From: the human T2T-CHM13v2.0 reference genome, Homo sapiens
Length of the DNA: 64,000 nt
NCBI RefSeq assembly: GCF_009914755.1
Contig: NC_060943.1
Reading direction: 5' to 3' (one strand)
The position numbers and the translations under genes are program-made. This document shows, piece by piece, positions 1-15,771 of this stretch (positions are counted from its first letter, which is position 1; every line of letters starts with the position of its first letter). The notes below the pieces were generated by a model. It saw nothing but the letters and a program-made list of their open reading frames with translations, searched no databases and was not told the origin of the DNA.

Positions 1-252
1 CACTATTGATCTTAAAACAGACCCTAAGTGGACAATGCTCCATCCCAAAGGACCCAGGGAACTGCAGCCCCTGGGGAGTCACTGGGCCCAGGAATTCCCT
101 GGTCATTGAATATTGGGTGGTTAGTGGTCACTGGACAGCCATTGAATGATAAGACATCACTTGAATTCACTGCCATGGTTAACTAACCCCTGTCACCATG
201 AGGTGACCAGGCGTGTCATCAACATCATTGTTGTCATCATGTTAACTAGCAT

Positions 253-585
<333 letters not shown>

Positions 586-972
586 TAAGTGATGGGCAGT
601 CATGACCATGGAAGCTACTAGAAGTCCGAAGGTCACTGAGCAGTGCTTGGTGGAAGAGGTCTCTTGTCCTTGGGAGGGCATTGGTCATTGGGTAGTTACT
701 TGGACGTCAGTAGTCCCTGAGAACTGGTCAGTAGAACTCAGTAACCATTAGCCACTATACAGACACTGGAGGTCAACAGAGTGGGATTCACAAGGCTGCA
801 AAGCCCTTGGTCACTTGGGGGTTACTGGACAGGGAGGTCCAATGGCCCTGGGGGATCCAGGACACTTTGGGCTACAAGACAGTCACCAGTGTGGACTCCC
901 TAGGCACCTATGGGCAGTCAAAGGCTCTGTCCCTCCCAGGCCCTGACCCCAGGGGTGGGCGCAGTCACTCAC

Positions 973-1079
973 CCGGCTATCCGCACTGGGGGCCATCGTG
1001 TCAGTCATCCAGGAGCCGAAGCGGGACCCCATGGCCCGAACGGTGATGGGGTTACTGACCCCGGTCAGCTTCCCACAGC
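973..1079 (-). CDS. OLFM2: OLFM2 exon 5 (107 nt; G-CGKLTGVSNPITVRAMGSRFGSWMTD...DSR), start of the olfactomedin domain
   Basis: Acceptor ctgcctcccAG|GC, donor CGG|GTGAGT, phase 1/0. CGKL...GSRFGSWMTD is the olfactomedin-domain N-terminus. The next exon is outside the window. Confidence 0.97.
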
Positions 1080-1237
1080 CTGGGAGGCAGGAACAGGGGG
1101 AATGAGGATGGGGAAATGAACAGCCCAAGAGAGGCCAGGCAAAGATGAAGTGCTGTGATCAAGTTGGGAAAGCTGGGACCAGGGATGAGGGAAGACTCAA
1201 AAATCTGGTCCCAATATGTTGTTCAGTTGTGAGTGAG

Positions 1238-1729
<492 letters not shown>

Positions 1730-1880
1730 TCACCCTTTGTCTTTGATGCACACCTGGCCCTTGACATGTGGCTCATATTGGACCCTAGATTCTTCCCAGA
1801 CATGACTCCATTGTAGGAACTAATGGATACCAAATCCCAGTCATTTGTTTGACCTCTGGTCTGGACACAGGAGGACCCAC

Positions 1881-2027
1881 CTGGAAGCTCTTGGCCGAGA
1901 GGGACCCATCAGCTGCCCGGAGCCGCGCATCCAGGCTCCGCATGAGGGTCTCCATGCCGCGTACATACTGGAGGTCGCGATACGTCCGCAACTCAAGGAC
2001 CTCCATGGACTGGGAGACGTTCTGGAC
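1881..2027 (-). CDS. OLFM2: OLFM2 exon 3 (147 nt; VQNVSQSMEVLELRTYRDLQYV...AKSFQ), coiled coil
   Basis: Acceptor ccccattcctAG|GTC, donor CAG|GTGGGT, phase 0/0. Contains the noelin motif VQNxSQSxEVL..RT.RDLQYV. Confidence 0.97.
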
Positions 2028-2855
2028 CTAGGAATGGGGACAACTGAAGGGACCAGACCTCCTTCCCCAAATCCCAACCCAGAGATGCCACAGACAAGAG
2101 CTGGCAGGAACAGAGGCTGTACAAACACCACACCGACGAGGCCACCTTCTCCTCCCCTGAGCTTACCAGCAGCCTCCCAATTGCGTGCCCAATCCATCCA
2201 TCCATCGCTCCCTCCCTACTACCCACTGGCTCCCATCTGGTCCACCTACCACCACCTCTCACCTCCTCCCTAGTCTCCCAGTTCCACCTTCATCCCCTGT
2301 AGTCAATTCTCTACACAGCAGACAGAAGGAACTTTCAAAACAGAGATTAGATCACCTTCCTCCTCCACAGATCCTGTGCTGGCTGGTCCTGCCCACCCCC
2401 CCCGCCCAACCCACTTCCTCTCTCTTTGTTCTCACAGACTCTAAGCTCCTTCCTTCTGCAGGGTCTTTGCACTTGCTGGTCTCTCTACCTGGAGTGCTGT
2501 TCCCCCAAGTTCCCATGGCTGGCTCCTTCTCATCCTTCAGGGTTCAGCTCCAGCGTCCCCCACTCAAAGCATCCTTCCCTGACCACCCTGTCCGGTAGCC
2601 GCTCACTCACTCTCCTCTTGCCTGGTCATTTCCTTCCCAGCTGTGACTATGTAGAACATTCTTATCCATCTGCCTCCTTCAGGTGGGACCCTCAGAGGCA
2701 GAGGCTGCGTCTAGCTTGTCCACAGCTTAACCTCCAGTGCCCAGCACTGGCCTGGAGTAGAGGCCCAATAAGTATTTTTTGGCTGAATGAGTAAAATAAA
2801 CTTCCCTTGCCCTGGCCTCTCCTGACCCAACCTGAGAGCACCCAGCTCCCACCTC

Positions 2856-3243
2856 CACCTGGCTACGGTGAACTCCACCTAGATAAGTTGAACTCCCCCT
2901 GGCTAAGGTAGACTCCCATCTGACTAAGGTGAACATCTGGCTAAGGTAGCCACCTTGTTAAGGTGAACTCCATCTCTGGCTTAAGTAGACTCTCACCTGG
3001 CTAAGGTAGACTCCAGCTGGCTAAGGTGAACACCTGGCTAAGGTAGACTCCCACCTTGTTAAGGTAGACTCTCACTTGGCTAAGATGAACACCTGGCTAA
3101 GGTAGACCCTCACCTGGCTAAGGTAGACCCTCACCTGGCTAAGGTAGACCTTTACCTGGCTAAGGTAGACTCTCACCTGGCTAAGGTAGATTCCCACCAG
3201 CTTCACCTGACTAAAGTGGACTCTGCCTGGCTAAGGTAAACTC
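2856..3243. repeat. Minisatellite, about 19 units of 17-21 bp, consensus CACCTGGCTAAGGTAGACTCT with a short variant CACCTGGCTAAGGTGAA
   Basis: Units are directly readable and most homogeneous at 3090-3196. Confidence 0.93.
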
Positions 3244-3369
3244 AGTCAGAGTTACCACTGGATGCTTGTTGAAATACAGACTTTCCTGTACAATTATTCA
3301 CATGACACTTGGAAACTCCCAGAAACTCAGCAGCCTAATACCCACCCTGAACGCCACAAAACATTTTTA

Positions 3370-4655
<1,286 letters not shown>

Positions 4656-4807
4656 GGACCTGCCTGGAGAGGAGCTGGATTATCAGCCAGCTCTGAATAA
4701 TTTGCATAGCTGGATATGGCCACTGGCTGACCTGGATGGGGCTGGAGGGCGGGGTGAGAACTGGGAGATTTTCCCAGCTGCCCCCAGGGTACCTGGAAGG
4801 TTCTCAC

Positions 4808-4957
4808 CTTCTCCATCAGTTGCCGCAGCTCCCGACTCCTGCCATCTCGAGAGCAGGTACTCTGCGCTGGGATCACGGCCGTGCAGATGCATTTCCCGTC
4901 AGGGGCCTGGGCTGAGGTGTACAGCTGCCAGCCCTCTTCTGGGTTCTGGAAGAGAGT
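4808..4957 (-). CDS. OLFM2: OLFM2 exon 2 (150 nt; TLFQNPEEGW...KCICTAVIPAQSTC...LMEK), noelin CXC multimerisation region
   Basis: Acceptor ctctttgcAG|ACT, donor AAG|GTGAGA, phase 0/0. Contains the noelin CxC-x9-C motif. Confidence 0.97.
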
Positions 4958-6628
4958 CTGCAAAGAGGTGGGGGTCAGAGACCGGAATCCCAGTGAGGGT
5001 CTCGCCTCGCCCTCACTGGGACAGGAAGGGGGCCCAAGGAAACCACAGATGCCCTTTGCTGGGCTCCGGGCATATGCCAGTGCCTGTTGTGTGTGATCTC
5101 AGGCCCTCCTTAAGGAGCCTCATTTCACGGATGGCAAGACTGAGGTGCGGAGGGCTTAAGGAACACGGCAAGGAATTGGAGGACTCAAATCTTCTCCAAG
5201 ACCAGAATTCATTCTCTCACACAGATTTGCACGCACACAACACTGTCTCTGTGACTGCCATTAGAACAGAGATCCACTCAAATAACCCCCAAACCTGGAC
5301 CTCCTCTCTGCTTCCCCAGCCCACAGTGACATATCGGCTCTGGAGCTATCTCAGGGCCACTTAATGTTTTTTTTTTTTTTTGGTTTGTTTTTTGTTGTTG
5401 TTTGTTTTTGAGACACAGTCTTGCCCTGTCACCCAGGCTGGAGAGCAGTGGCGCGATCTGGGCTCACTGCAACCTCCGCCTGTCTCCAACACCTGGCCTC
5501 CACTCCAGCCTGGGTAACAGAGTGAGACCCTGTCTCACAAAAAAAAAAGGATCTCACCTCAGGTGATCCACCCGTCTCAGCCTCCCAAAGTGCTGGCATT
5601 ACAGGCGTGAGCCACCGTGCCCGGCCATCAGGGCCACCAAATGTTAAGTGCAACCCTGCTGTGCCCCCACCTCACCTGGAGCCACCCAGGCAAAGTGATG
5701 GCAGACAAAATGCTCAGATAATCCAGTGACCAATTATGGCTTTGTTTCCCAAGCCATACTCCTTCCAACACTGGTAATCTTACCAGGTGTGCTGGGAAAA
5801 GGATGCTCTGTGGTCAAATAAATGTGTGTCACTGGGTGAAACAAGTTTTGTTACTGCAGGACTTATCAGAGGCTTAGAAATGCAAATAAGTACCAGGGAA
5901 CTCTAGACACAAATCATAAACTTCCAAACTGATTAGAAGACACCCCTGAGGCAGGTGGATCACCTGAGGTCAGGAGTTTTGAGAACAGCCTGGCCAACAT
6001 GGCAAAGCCCCATCTCTACTAAAAATACAAAAATTAGCCAAGTATGGTGGCGGGCGCCTGTAATCTCAGCTACATGGGAGGCTGAGGCAGGAGAATGGCT
6101 TGAACTTGGGAGGCGGAGGTTGCAGTGAGCTGAGACTGCGCCACTGCGCTCCAGCCTGGGCGACAGAGCAAGACTCCGTCTCAAAGAAAAAAAAAAAAAA
6201 AAGAAGATATCCATGAGAGTCTCTTCTGTCCCAGGCATAGGGTCTGGGATAGGATCAAGGAAGAGAAGGAATGAAGAAAACATCTGGTGGTTGTCCATGG
6301 AGCTACTAGGAGAGACGGACATCAACCACTTAATGCCAGTGATACTTCTAGAACCACATGCTGCAGTGAGTGCTTTGAAGAAGTAGTGCAGGGAGTAACA
6401 GGGGGTCTTCCCTCAGGCTGAGGGTCTCTGAGGAGGTATCCAAGAGAATGGGCTCTTGAGATGAACTTGAGGGACGAGTGAGACAGAAGAAAAGGAGAAG
6501 GCAGGGGACATTTCTATCATTACAAATCCTGATCAATGTCTGGAGGGACCCAGGAATGGTGGCTCACGCCTGTAATCCCAGAATTTCAAGAGGCTGAAGG
6601 GGGCGGATCACTGAAGGTCAGGAGTTTA

Positions 6629-6838
<210 letters not shown>

Positions 6839-7249
6839 TTAAAAAAAACAGGCCAGACGCGGTGGCTCACACCTGTAATCCTAGCACTTTGGGAAGTGGA
6901 GGCAGGTGGATCACCTGAGGTCAGGAGTTCCAGACCAGCTTAGCCAACATGGTAAAACCCCGTCTCTACTAAAAATACAAAAATTAGCCGGGCATGGTGA
7001 TGTGCGCCTATAATCCCAGCTACTTGGGAGCCTGAGGCAGGAGAATCGCTTGAACCTGGCGGGGTGGGGGCAGCGAGCCGAGGTTGCAGTGAGCCGAGAT
7101 CACACCACTTTACTCCAGCCTGGGCAAAAGAGCGAAACTCTGTCTCAAAAAAAAAAAAAAAGGATGTGGGGGGACGTGAGGGTTGTGGGGTGACTGGCTT
7201 GGGCTTGCACACGTAGGCGTCGTTTGTTCAAAACCTGAAGTCTTTGTTC

Positions 7250-7695
7250 AAGACCTGAAGGAAGTGAGGGAGGAGCCATTTGGATGTCTGGGGAAGGGGT
7301 TCCAGGCAGAGAGAACAGCAAGTAGAAAGGCTGAGGCAGGACCATGCCTGGTGTGTTTGTGAAACAAGGAGGAGGCCCATGTGGCTGGAGCAGATTGAGT
7401 AAGGGGTAAGTGGAGACAGATGAGAGAAGGGAGGTGATGGGGCAAGGCCTTGTGGGAAGCAGTGAGGGCTCTGGGTTCTGCCCTGAGGAAGGTGGGAGCC
7501 ATGGAGGGTTCTGTGCAGAGGCGAGACGTGACCTTACTTGGGTGTTCACAGTGACCTCTGGCTGCTCTAGGGAACGAGGGAGGGAGGCCAGGGCAGGGGT
7601 GACTGCACAGATCCAGACAGGTGATGATGGGTGGTGGCCATAGAGGCGGTAAATGGAAGATTCTGGTCCTATTCCAGGATGCATTCTGACAGGCA
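7250..7695 (-). mobile_element. L2 LINE fragment (other L2 pieces at about 2270-2790, 31660-32400, 42830-43700 and 59990-60140)
   Basis: ttccaggcagagagaacagcaagt..aaaggc..gaggcagga..aaggaggaggccc..tgtggctggagcag. Confidence 0.8.
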
Positions 7696-8984
7696 TGGAA
7701 GAAATTCTGATTAAAAAAACCCCAGTGTTTTACAGAGAAACAAAGCACCACAATCATTGATCATTTGCACAGCCGTTACTAGATCTCCCAGCAGAATCGG
7801 TGCCGTGAGCTGCAGCACAGATAAACCAAGCTGTGAATTATGAGCGATCCCGGGGACTCCAACTATTAGCCCACCTTTTTCTCTCCCACTCAATCGAGTC
7901 TTTTTTTTTTTAAGGCTTATTGGAATATGAGCAAATGATATAATTGTACAAATTATACAGATGAGCTTGACTCCCCCACTAATCTATAAGGAAAACAAAC
8001 CATTCATAAACGCCAGCTGAAACTATTACAGTCAGTCATTCTTCGAGCCTTTGTACACCCTTCCTAAATGGGGGGAACCCCCTCTTTGTAAGTTGCACAT
8101 CCTCAGCCCTGGCAGCGGAGCACAGTAACTCACTTTCTCCGCCTTCCTTGTACTCAGGTAGGAGCTGGGTGGAGCTAACATTCACTGCAGGTGTGCCCAG
8201 GATTGGCCACAGCCAAGAGCTTTCTCTGGTGGTCATATCCCACCCTGCCCTTGCATGGGGCCAGCAGAAAATACACCCAGCAATCCTCAGAGATGACCTA
8301 CAGGCATTCGTGATTAATACCACCCCTCTTGCCTCTCCAGTGGGAAAGAACTCGAAGGTGTATGTTCATGAAATCTTCCAGGGCAACCCATTAGATTTAC
8401 ACCTCAGTTGTCCACAGCAGCAACCTGCTCATTACTTCTCTTTTATTTATTCGTTTATTTTATTATTTTTCATTTTTGAGACAGACTCTCGCTGTGTCTC
8501 CCAGGCTGGAGGGCAGTGGTGCGATCTTGGCTCACTGCAACCTCCACCTCCTGGGTTCAAGCGATTTTCATGCCTCAGCCTCCCGAGTAGCTAGGATTAC
8601 AATCACCCACCTCCATGCCTGGCTAATTTTTGTATTTTTAGTAGAGATAGGGTTTCACTATGTTGGTCAGGCTGGTCTCGAACTCCTGGCCTCAAGTGAT
8701 CCGTCCACCTTGGCCTCCCGAAGTGCTGGGATTGCAGGCGAGAGCCATTGCGCCTGGCACATTTATTTATTTTTTTAAGATGGGGTCTTGCTGTCGCTCA
8801 GGTCTGGGTCTTGCTGTCACCCACCACTGGAGTGCAGTGGTGCAATCCTAGCTTACTGCAGCCTCGAACTCCTGGGTTTAAGCCATCCCCTCCCACATCT
8901 GCCTCCTGAGTAGCTGGGCCTACAGGCAGGTACCAACACACCCAGCTTTTTTTTTTTTTTTTTTTTTTCCTTTTGTAGAGATAG

Positions 8985-9098
<114 letters not shown>

Positions 9099-9520
9099 TA
9101 AGTCTCCCGGCACGGGTTTCCTTCACCTCCTCTCTCACTTCACTGCTCCCCCACTGGTTCTTCCTGGGGTATCTTAGGTGGATACCTGCACTTAAATCCT
9201 CCCTGAAAGAGCCTGACCTAAGACAACAAGGATGGCCCAGTACAAGAGGAATACCCCAAGAAAGCCTGCCCCTTTGGTTCTGGGAGGATCCAGAACTACT
9301 CTCCCACCTCCCTTCTTCTTCTTCTCCTCTTTTTTTTTTTTTGGAGATGGAGTCTCACTTGGTCACCCAGGCTGGTGTGCAGTGGTACTATCAGGGCTTT
9401 TGGCAGCCTCAACCTCCTGGGCTTAAATAGTGATTCCTCCCACTTCAGCCTCCCGAGTAGCTGAGACTAAAGGCCTTTAGTCTCACCATCGCACCTACTA
9501 ATTTTTAAATTTTTTTGTAG

Positions 9521-9979
<459 letters not shown>

Positions 9980-11204
9980 TAAAAAAAAAAAAAAAAAACA
10001 AAGAAAAACATCAAACAGGAGCCCAAGCATCCCTGCCCCTCCTCCCCTGGCTCTAGTCCCCAAGCAATTTGGATAGAAACCCCCAAGGAATATCTTTTGT
10101 GCAGAGACAAAGCCGCCGGTTCAACGTAATTAACATCTTCCTACATTGCCTAGCGTGTCCGTTGAAGCAAATAAGCCATTTTCTCTCGACAGAGGAAATA
10201 TTGAATTGTAAAAGAGAAGCAAGATTTAAGTGGTGCAGAGAGAAGGCCTCCATGGTTTTCCTAAAATAATTGTCTGCGTTGGACGCATCTCACCGGAGTG
10301 TTCTCTGCAGCAGTGTAATTAAATGCCTGGGTTTTGGCTGCCAGATCGCAGCAGGCAGAGGTCCTGAGTTTTGCCCATTGGGTTTAAGTTCAGATATGCA
10401 GTTAATGCATGTCCCTAGGAACCGCTGGAATGTTCTGGAATGTACCATGTGCTAGCTCTCCCAGACTGGGTCTAGCTTGGAAACAAAGTCAAGAGTTCTT
10501 GGCAGTCAGAAGACTAGAGAGGAACAGAGAGTGTCCTACTCTAGGGGAAATGCTTACAACAGCAGGTGCAAGAACACAGGCGTTCTCCAGCATAGAAGTC
10601 TGTGGTCTAGCAGCCTGTCTCACCTCGGATGTGGCAGATGTACTAAAGAAGCCAACCCACTTTTTTTTTTTTTTTTTTTTTTGAGACAGGGTCTTGCTCT
10701 GTTGCCTAGGCTGGAGTGCAGTGGCATGATCTAGGCTCACTGCAGCCTCAACTTCCCTGACTCAAGCAATCCTCCCACCTCAGCCTCCCGAGCAGCTGGG
10801 ACTACAGGCATGCACCATCACGACTGGCTATTTTTTTTGGTAGAGACGGGGATCTCACTACATTTCCTAGGCCGATCTTGAACTCCTGGGCTAAAGTGAT
10901 CCACCCGCCTTGGCCTCCCAAAGTGCTGGAATTATAGGCGTGAGCTATCACGACGGCCCTGCCAACCCACTCTCTCTTTGCTGAGCTCTTGGTTCAGGGT
11001 TTAATATTCCTGCTAATGGGCTTTAAGGGAGTGAAGCTATGCACTCAAGTATCTGTTCCTCAAATGTCTTTTCTGGCTGAAATCTTACAAACACTTTTGC
11101 TGAGGCTGCCCTAATTAAACACCAGCCTCTAAAACAGGTCCAGGATTAACTGAGTAGGACACAGGCAGGGAAAGCTGTTCTTGCTGTCGGGCCAGGGATC
11201 ATCA

Positions 11205-11634
<430 letters not shown>

Positions 11635-12235
11635 CTATCAGGAAGTAGCCAACAGGAAGAGAGCAAGCGCCTGCCTCTTAATAAAATGAAGCTATTATTG
11701 TGTTTGAGGCTGGATAATTTAATCAGGAAGCCAAGGCACCTTGGGGCTTACATATTTATTTGTGCCCTGCCTTGTTCCAGAGAGGACTCTAAGTGGTTTA
11801 CAAGGATATGTAAAATACCATAAGATAGCGCCAATTAAATATGAGAGCGGGGATTAGATATTTTTGGAGGACAGCCTGCCAGTCCACAGCCAAGCCATTA
11901 CAGTTTCTGCAATTTGCATTTTATTCGGCCAATCCAAAGCTAAGAATTCAGCCCGTGGAAACTTTGTGGACAGCATCTGATTGTTGCAAGGGAGGTTCAT
12001 TAAGCATTGTTTAAAATTGGACAATTAGAAATTAATTTGATCAAAAGCTATTACACATGCTAGAAAAAAAATTTTTTTTTTTTTGGAGACAGGGTCTTGC
12101 TCTGCCACCCAGGCTGGAGTACAGTGGCATGATCATAGCTCACCGCAGCCTTGATGTCCAAAGGCTCAAGCGATCCTCCCACCTCTGTCTCCTGAGTAGG
12201 TGGGACTACAGGTGTGAGCCACTAAACCAGGCTAA

Positions 12236-12409
<174 letters not shown>

Positions 12410-13154
12410 TAGAGACGAGGTTTCACCATGTTGGCCAGGCTGGTCTTGAACTCCTGACCTCAGGTGATCTGCCCGCCTTACCCTCCCAAAGTGTTGGGAT
12501 TACAGGTGTGAGCCACCACGCCTGGCCCAGGCTAATTTTTAAAAAGATTTTTTGTAGAAACAGGGACTAGCTATGTTGCCCAGCCTGGTCTCAAATTCCT
12601 GGGCTCAAGCAGTTCTCCCACCTCAGCCTCCCAAAGTATTGGGATTACAGGCGTGAGGCACTGTGTCCAGCCAATTTACAAATTTAAGATGCATCTACAG
12701 AATGAGATACTATGCAGTCATTAAAAATTAGAGATTAATGGAGATTTTAATCACCATCTTTAAATTTATCTTATTTTCCAAGTTTTCTACAATGAACGTG
12801 TATTGTTCTTATAAAGATTTTTAGGGCCGGGTGCAGTGGCTCACGCTTGTAATCCCAACACTTTGGGAAGCCAAGGCAGGAGAATCACTTGAGCCCAGGA
12901 GTTTGAGACCAGCCTGGGCAACATAGTAAAACCTCATCTCTACAAAAAATTTAAAAATTAGCATGGTGGCACATGCCTGCAGTGCCAGCTACTCAGGAAG
13001 CTGAAGTAGGAGGATCACTTGAGCCCAGGAGTTCATGGCTGCAGTGAGCTATGAAGGCGCCACTACACTCCAGCCTGCGTGACAAAGTGAGACCCTATCT
13101 CAAAAGAAAAAAAAAAGATTTTTAAAAGTCCCTTAAATTTTTTTTTTTTTTTTG

Positions 13155-13500
13155 GCAAGGGAGAAAAAGAAGAAAAACAAAAGCAGGGACATAAAACAGA
13201 GCCAGAAACGAGGCTAAGAAAAACTCATCCCTTAAAAACCTGAACAATCAGCATATGGCCGGGCCATAAGTTTGGCTCCAAGCTCCTTAGCAGCCAACTC
13301 AGAAAGGGAAAGCTGGTCATTTATGCGGTTCTCAGTGTCCTGAAACAAAAGTACACCAGATGCTCAGGAGAAAGCTCAATTATTTTTGGCAGGGATTTCT
13401 CCCACAGTCCTCCCAAAAAGGATTCCACGTGATGTCACCAGCATCTCTCCGGGCAATATCCTTACGATAGAAGTGACTAGTTTCCTCTAGATGTTTCTTA
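13155..13500 (+). mobile_element. Possible ancient mammalian repeat (MamRep605-like), with a related piece at about 11750-11870
   Basis: aagtttggctccaagctccttagcagccaa and tttatttgtgccctgccttgttccagagagga..gtggtttacaa resemble the recalled consensus; not verified. Confidence 0.4.
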
Positions 13501-13519
13501 TTCCTCCTGGGATGGTAGA

Positions 13520-13785
13520 GTAGGGCCAACTGGTAAGAGCAGGGTCCTGGAGTCAGGCTGCCTGGGTTTAAGTTCTGGCTTCACCATTCGCTTGCTGTGT
13601 GACCTCAGCAAGTGGCTTAACCTCTCTGTGTCTTTCTTAGTTTTTTCATTTGTACAATGGACATGATGACTACCTACTTCTCTGGGTTGCTAGGAGGATC
13701 AAATGAGTTCATAATATATATAAGAGCAATTAGAACAGTCATCAGCATGTAGTAAGAGCTACACAAGTGTCTGCTAATACTATTA
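13520..13785 (+). mobile_element. MIR SINE (other MIRs at about 17170-17300, 28010-28140, 29220-29370, 54410-54520, 55290-55420, 59210-59290 and 60630-60760)
   Basis: ggagtcaggctgcctgggttta..gctgtgtgacct..caagtggcttaacctctctgtg core. Confidence 0.85.
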
Positions 13786-15329
13786 TTTTTATTTTTTAAG
13801 AGACAGGGTGTCACTCTATCGTCCAGGCTGGAGTGCAGTGGCACAATCATGGCTCACTTCAGCCTCGAACTCCTGACCTCAAGCGATCCTCTGGCCATCA
13901 GCTTCCTGAGCATCTGGGACTACAGGCATGTGCCACTATGCCCAGCTAATTTTTTATTTTTTGTAGAGATGGGAGTCTTGCTATAATTGCCCAAGCTGTG
14001 TTTGAACTCGTGGCCTCAGACAGTTCCTCCAGCCTCAGACTCCCAAAATGCTGGGATTACAGGCATGCACCACTGCACCTGGTTAATTTTTTAAAATATT
14101 TTTGTAGAGACAGGATCTTACTGTGCTGCCCAGACTGCTCTTGAACTCCTGGCCTCAAGCAATCCTCCAGCCTCAGCCTCCCAAAGTGCTAGGATTACAG
14201 GCATGCACCACTGCACCTGGTTAATTAAAAAAAAATTTTTTTTTTGTAGAGGTGGAGTCTCACTATGTTGCCCAGGCTGGTGCAGCAGCACGCTCACGGT
14301 TCACTGCAGCCTCGGATTCCTGGCCTCAAGGGATCCTCCCATCTCAGCCTCCCAAAGTACTGGGATTACTGGCCTGAGTCATCACACGCTGCCCTGCTAT
14401 TATTATCTTCATAACACTCAAAAGGCCAATTTGGTAACTTCCTGAGGTCAAACGGTGTGAGTCTTGACACAATAAAAAGGATCTGGCAAAGTCTCATGGA
14501 GTTGGGGTTGAGGCTGTGGGATCATGAGGCAAAGAAAGTCCAACGAGGGAGAGAGGAGAGTGAGGGATGAGAGGGGACACTTGCTCCATCCTAGTCCCCA
14601 CGCGGCCCAGCTGGCTTCCTTTTCCAGAATATCTCCTTGCTATAACCTGGCAGCAGGGGAGCCAAGGTCCTTCTCCATCCTTACAGGCACTGAACCAGGA
14701 TGTAGGCGCACACTGCTGTGTTCTCTCTGGCCCATCCTCTCTAATTGTCTTTCCCTTCCCAGGTCACAGGATGCTTATTCTCATCTCCAGGCCTTTGCAC
14801 GGGCCGGGCCTGCTGCCAATCCCCGCACTCTCCCCTTCTTAGGGCCAGGCTAACTCTTCCCCATCCCCGGGGCTCAAGCGTTCAGGTCTCTTCCAAAAGC
14901 AGTCTTGGTGGTCCCTGCCACGCGTTACCCTCCTCTCAAGTCACCCGGGAGGTGGAGGTTGCTGTAAGCCAAGATCGCAGTGAGCTGAGATTGCACCATT
15001 GCACTCCAGCCTGGGCAACAAGAGCAAAACTTTGTCTCAAAATAAATAAATAAATAGCCGGGTGTGGTGGTGCATGTCTGTGGTTTACAGTGGCTCGCAT
15101 CTGTAATCCTGGCACTTTGGGAGGCCGAGGTGAGCTCAAGAGTTTAAGACCAGACCGGGCCCAGTGGCTTATGCCTGTAATCCCAGCACTTTGGGAGGTC
15201 ATGTCAGGCAGATCACTCTAGGTCAGGAGTTCGAGACCAGCCTGGCCAACATGGTGAAACCCCATCTCTACTAAAAATACAAAAAATTAGCTGGGCATGG
15301 TGGCGAGAGCCTGTAATCCCCACTACTCA

Positions 15330-15446
<117 letters not shown>

Positions 15447-15519
15447 TTATATAAAATTCCGGGTGCTGTGGCTCACACCTGTAACCCCAGCACTTCGGGA
15501 GGCCAAGGCAGGCGGATCA

Positions 15520-15771
<252 letters not shown>

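Noticed and set aside
1785-1880. OLFM1-like short 'Y' terminal isoform by read-through after exon 3
   Set aside because: Read-through reaches a stop at 1785, but I see no AATAAA/ATTAAA on the minus strand in intron 3.
2856-3243. CRISPR-like appearance (short partly palindromic repeats)
   Set aside because: Units are head-to-tail with no unique spacers, there are no cas genes, and the context is a human intron. It is a minisatellite.
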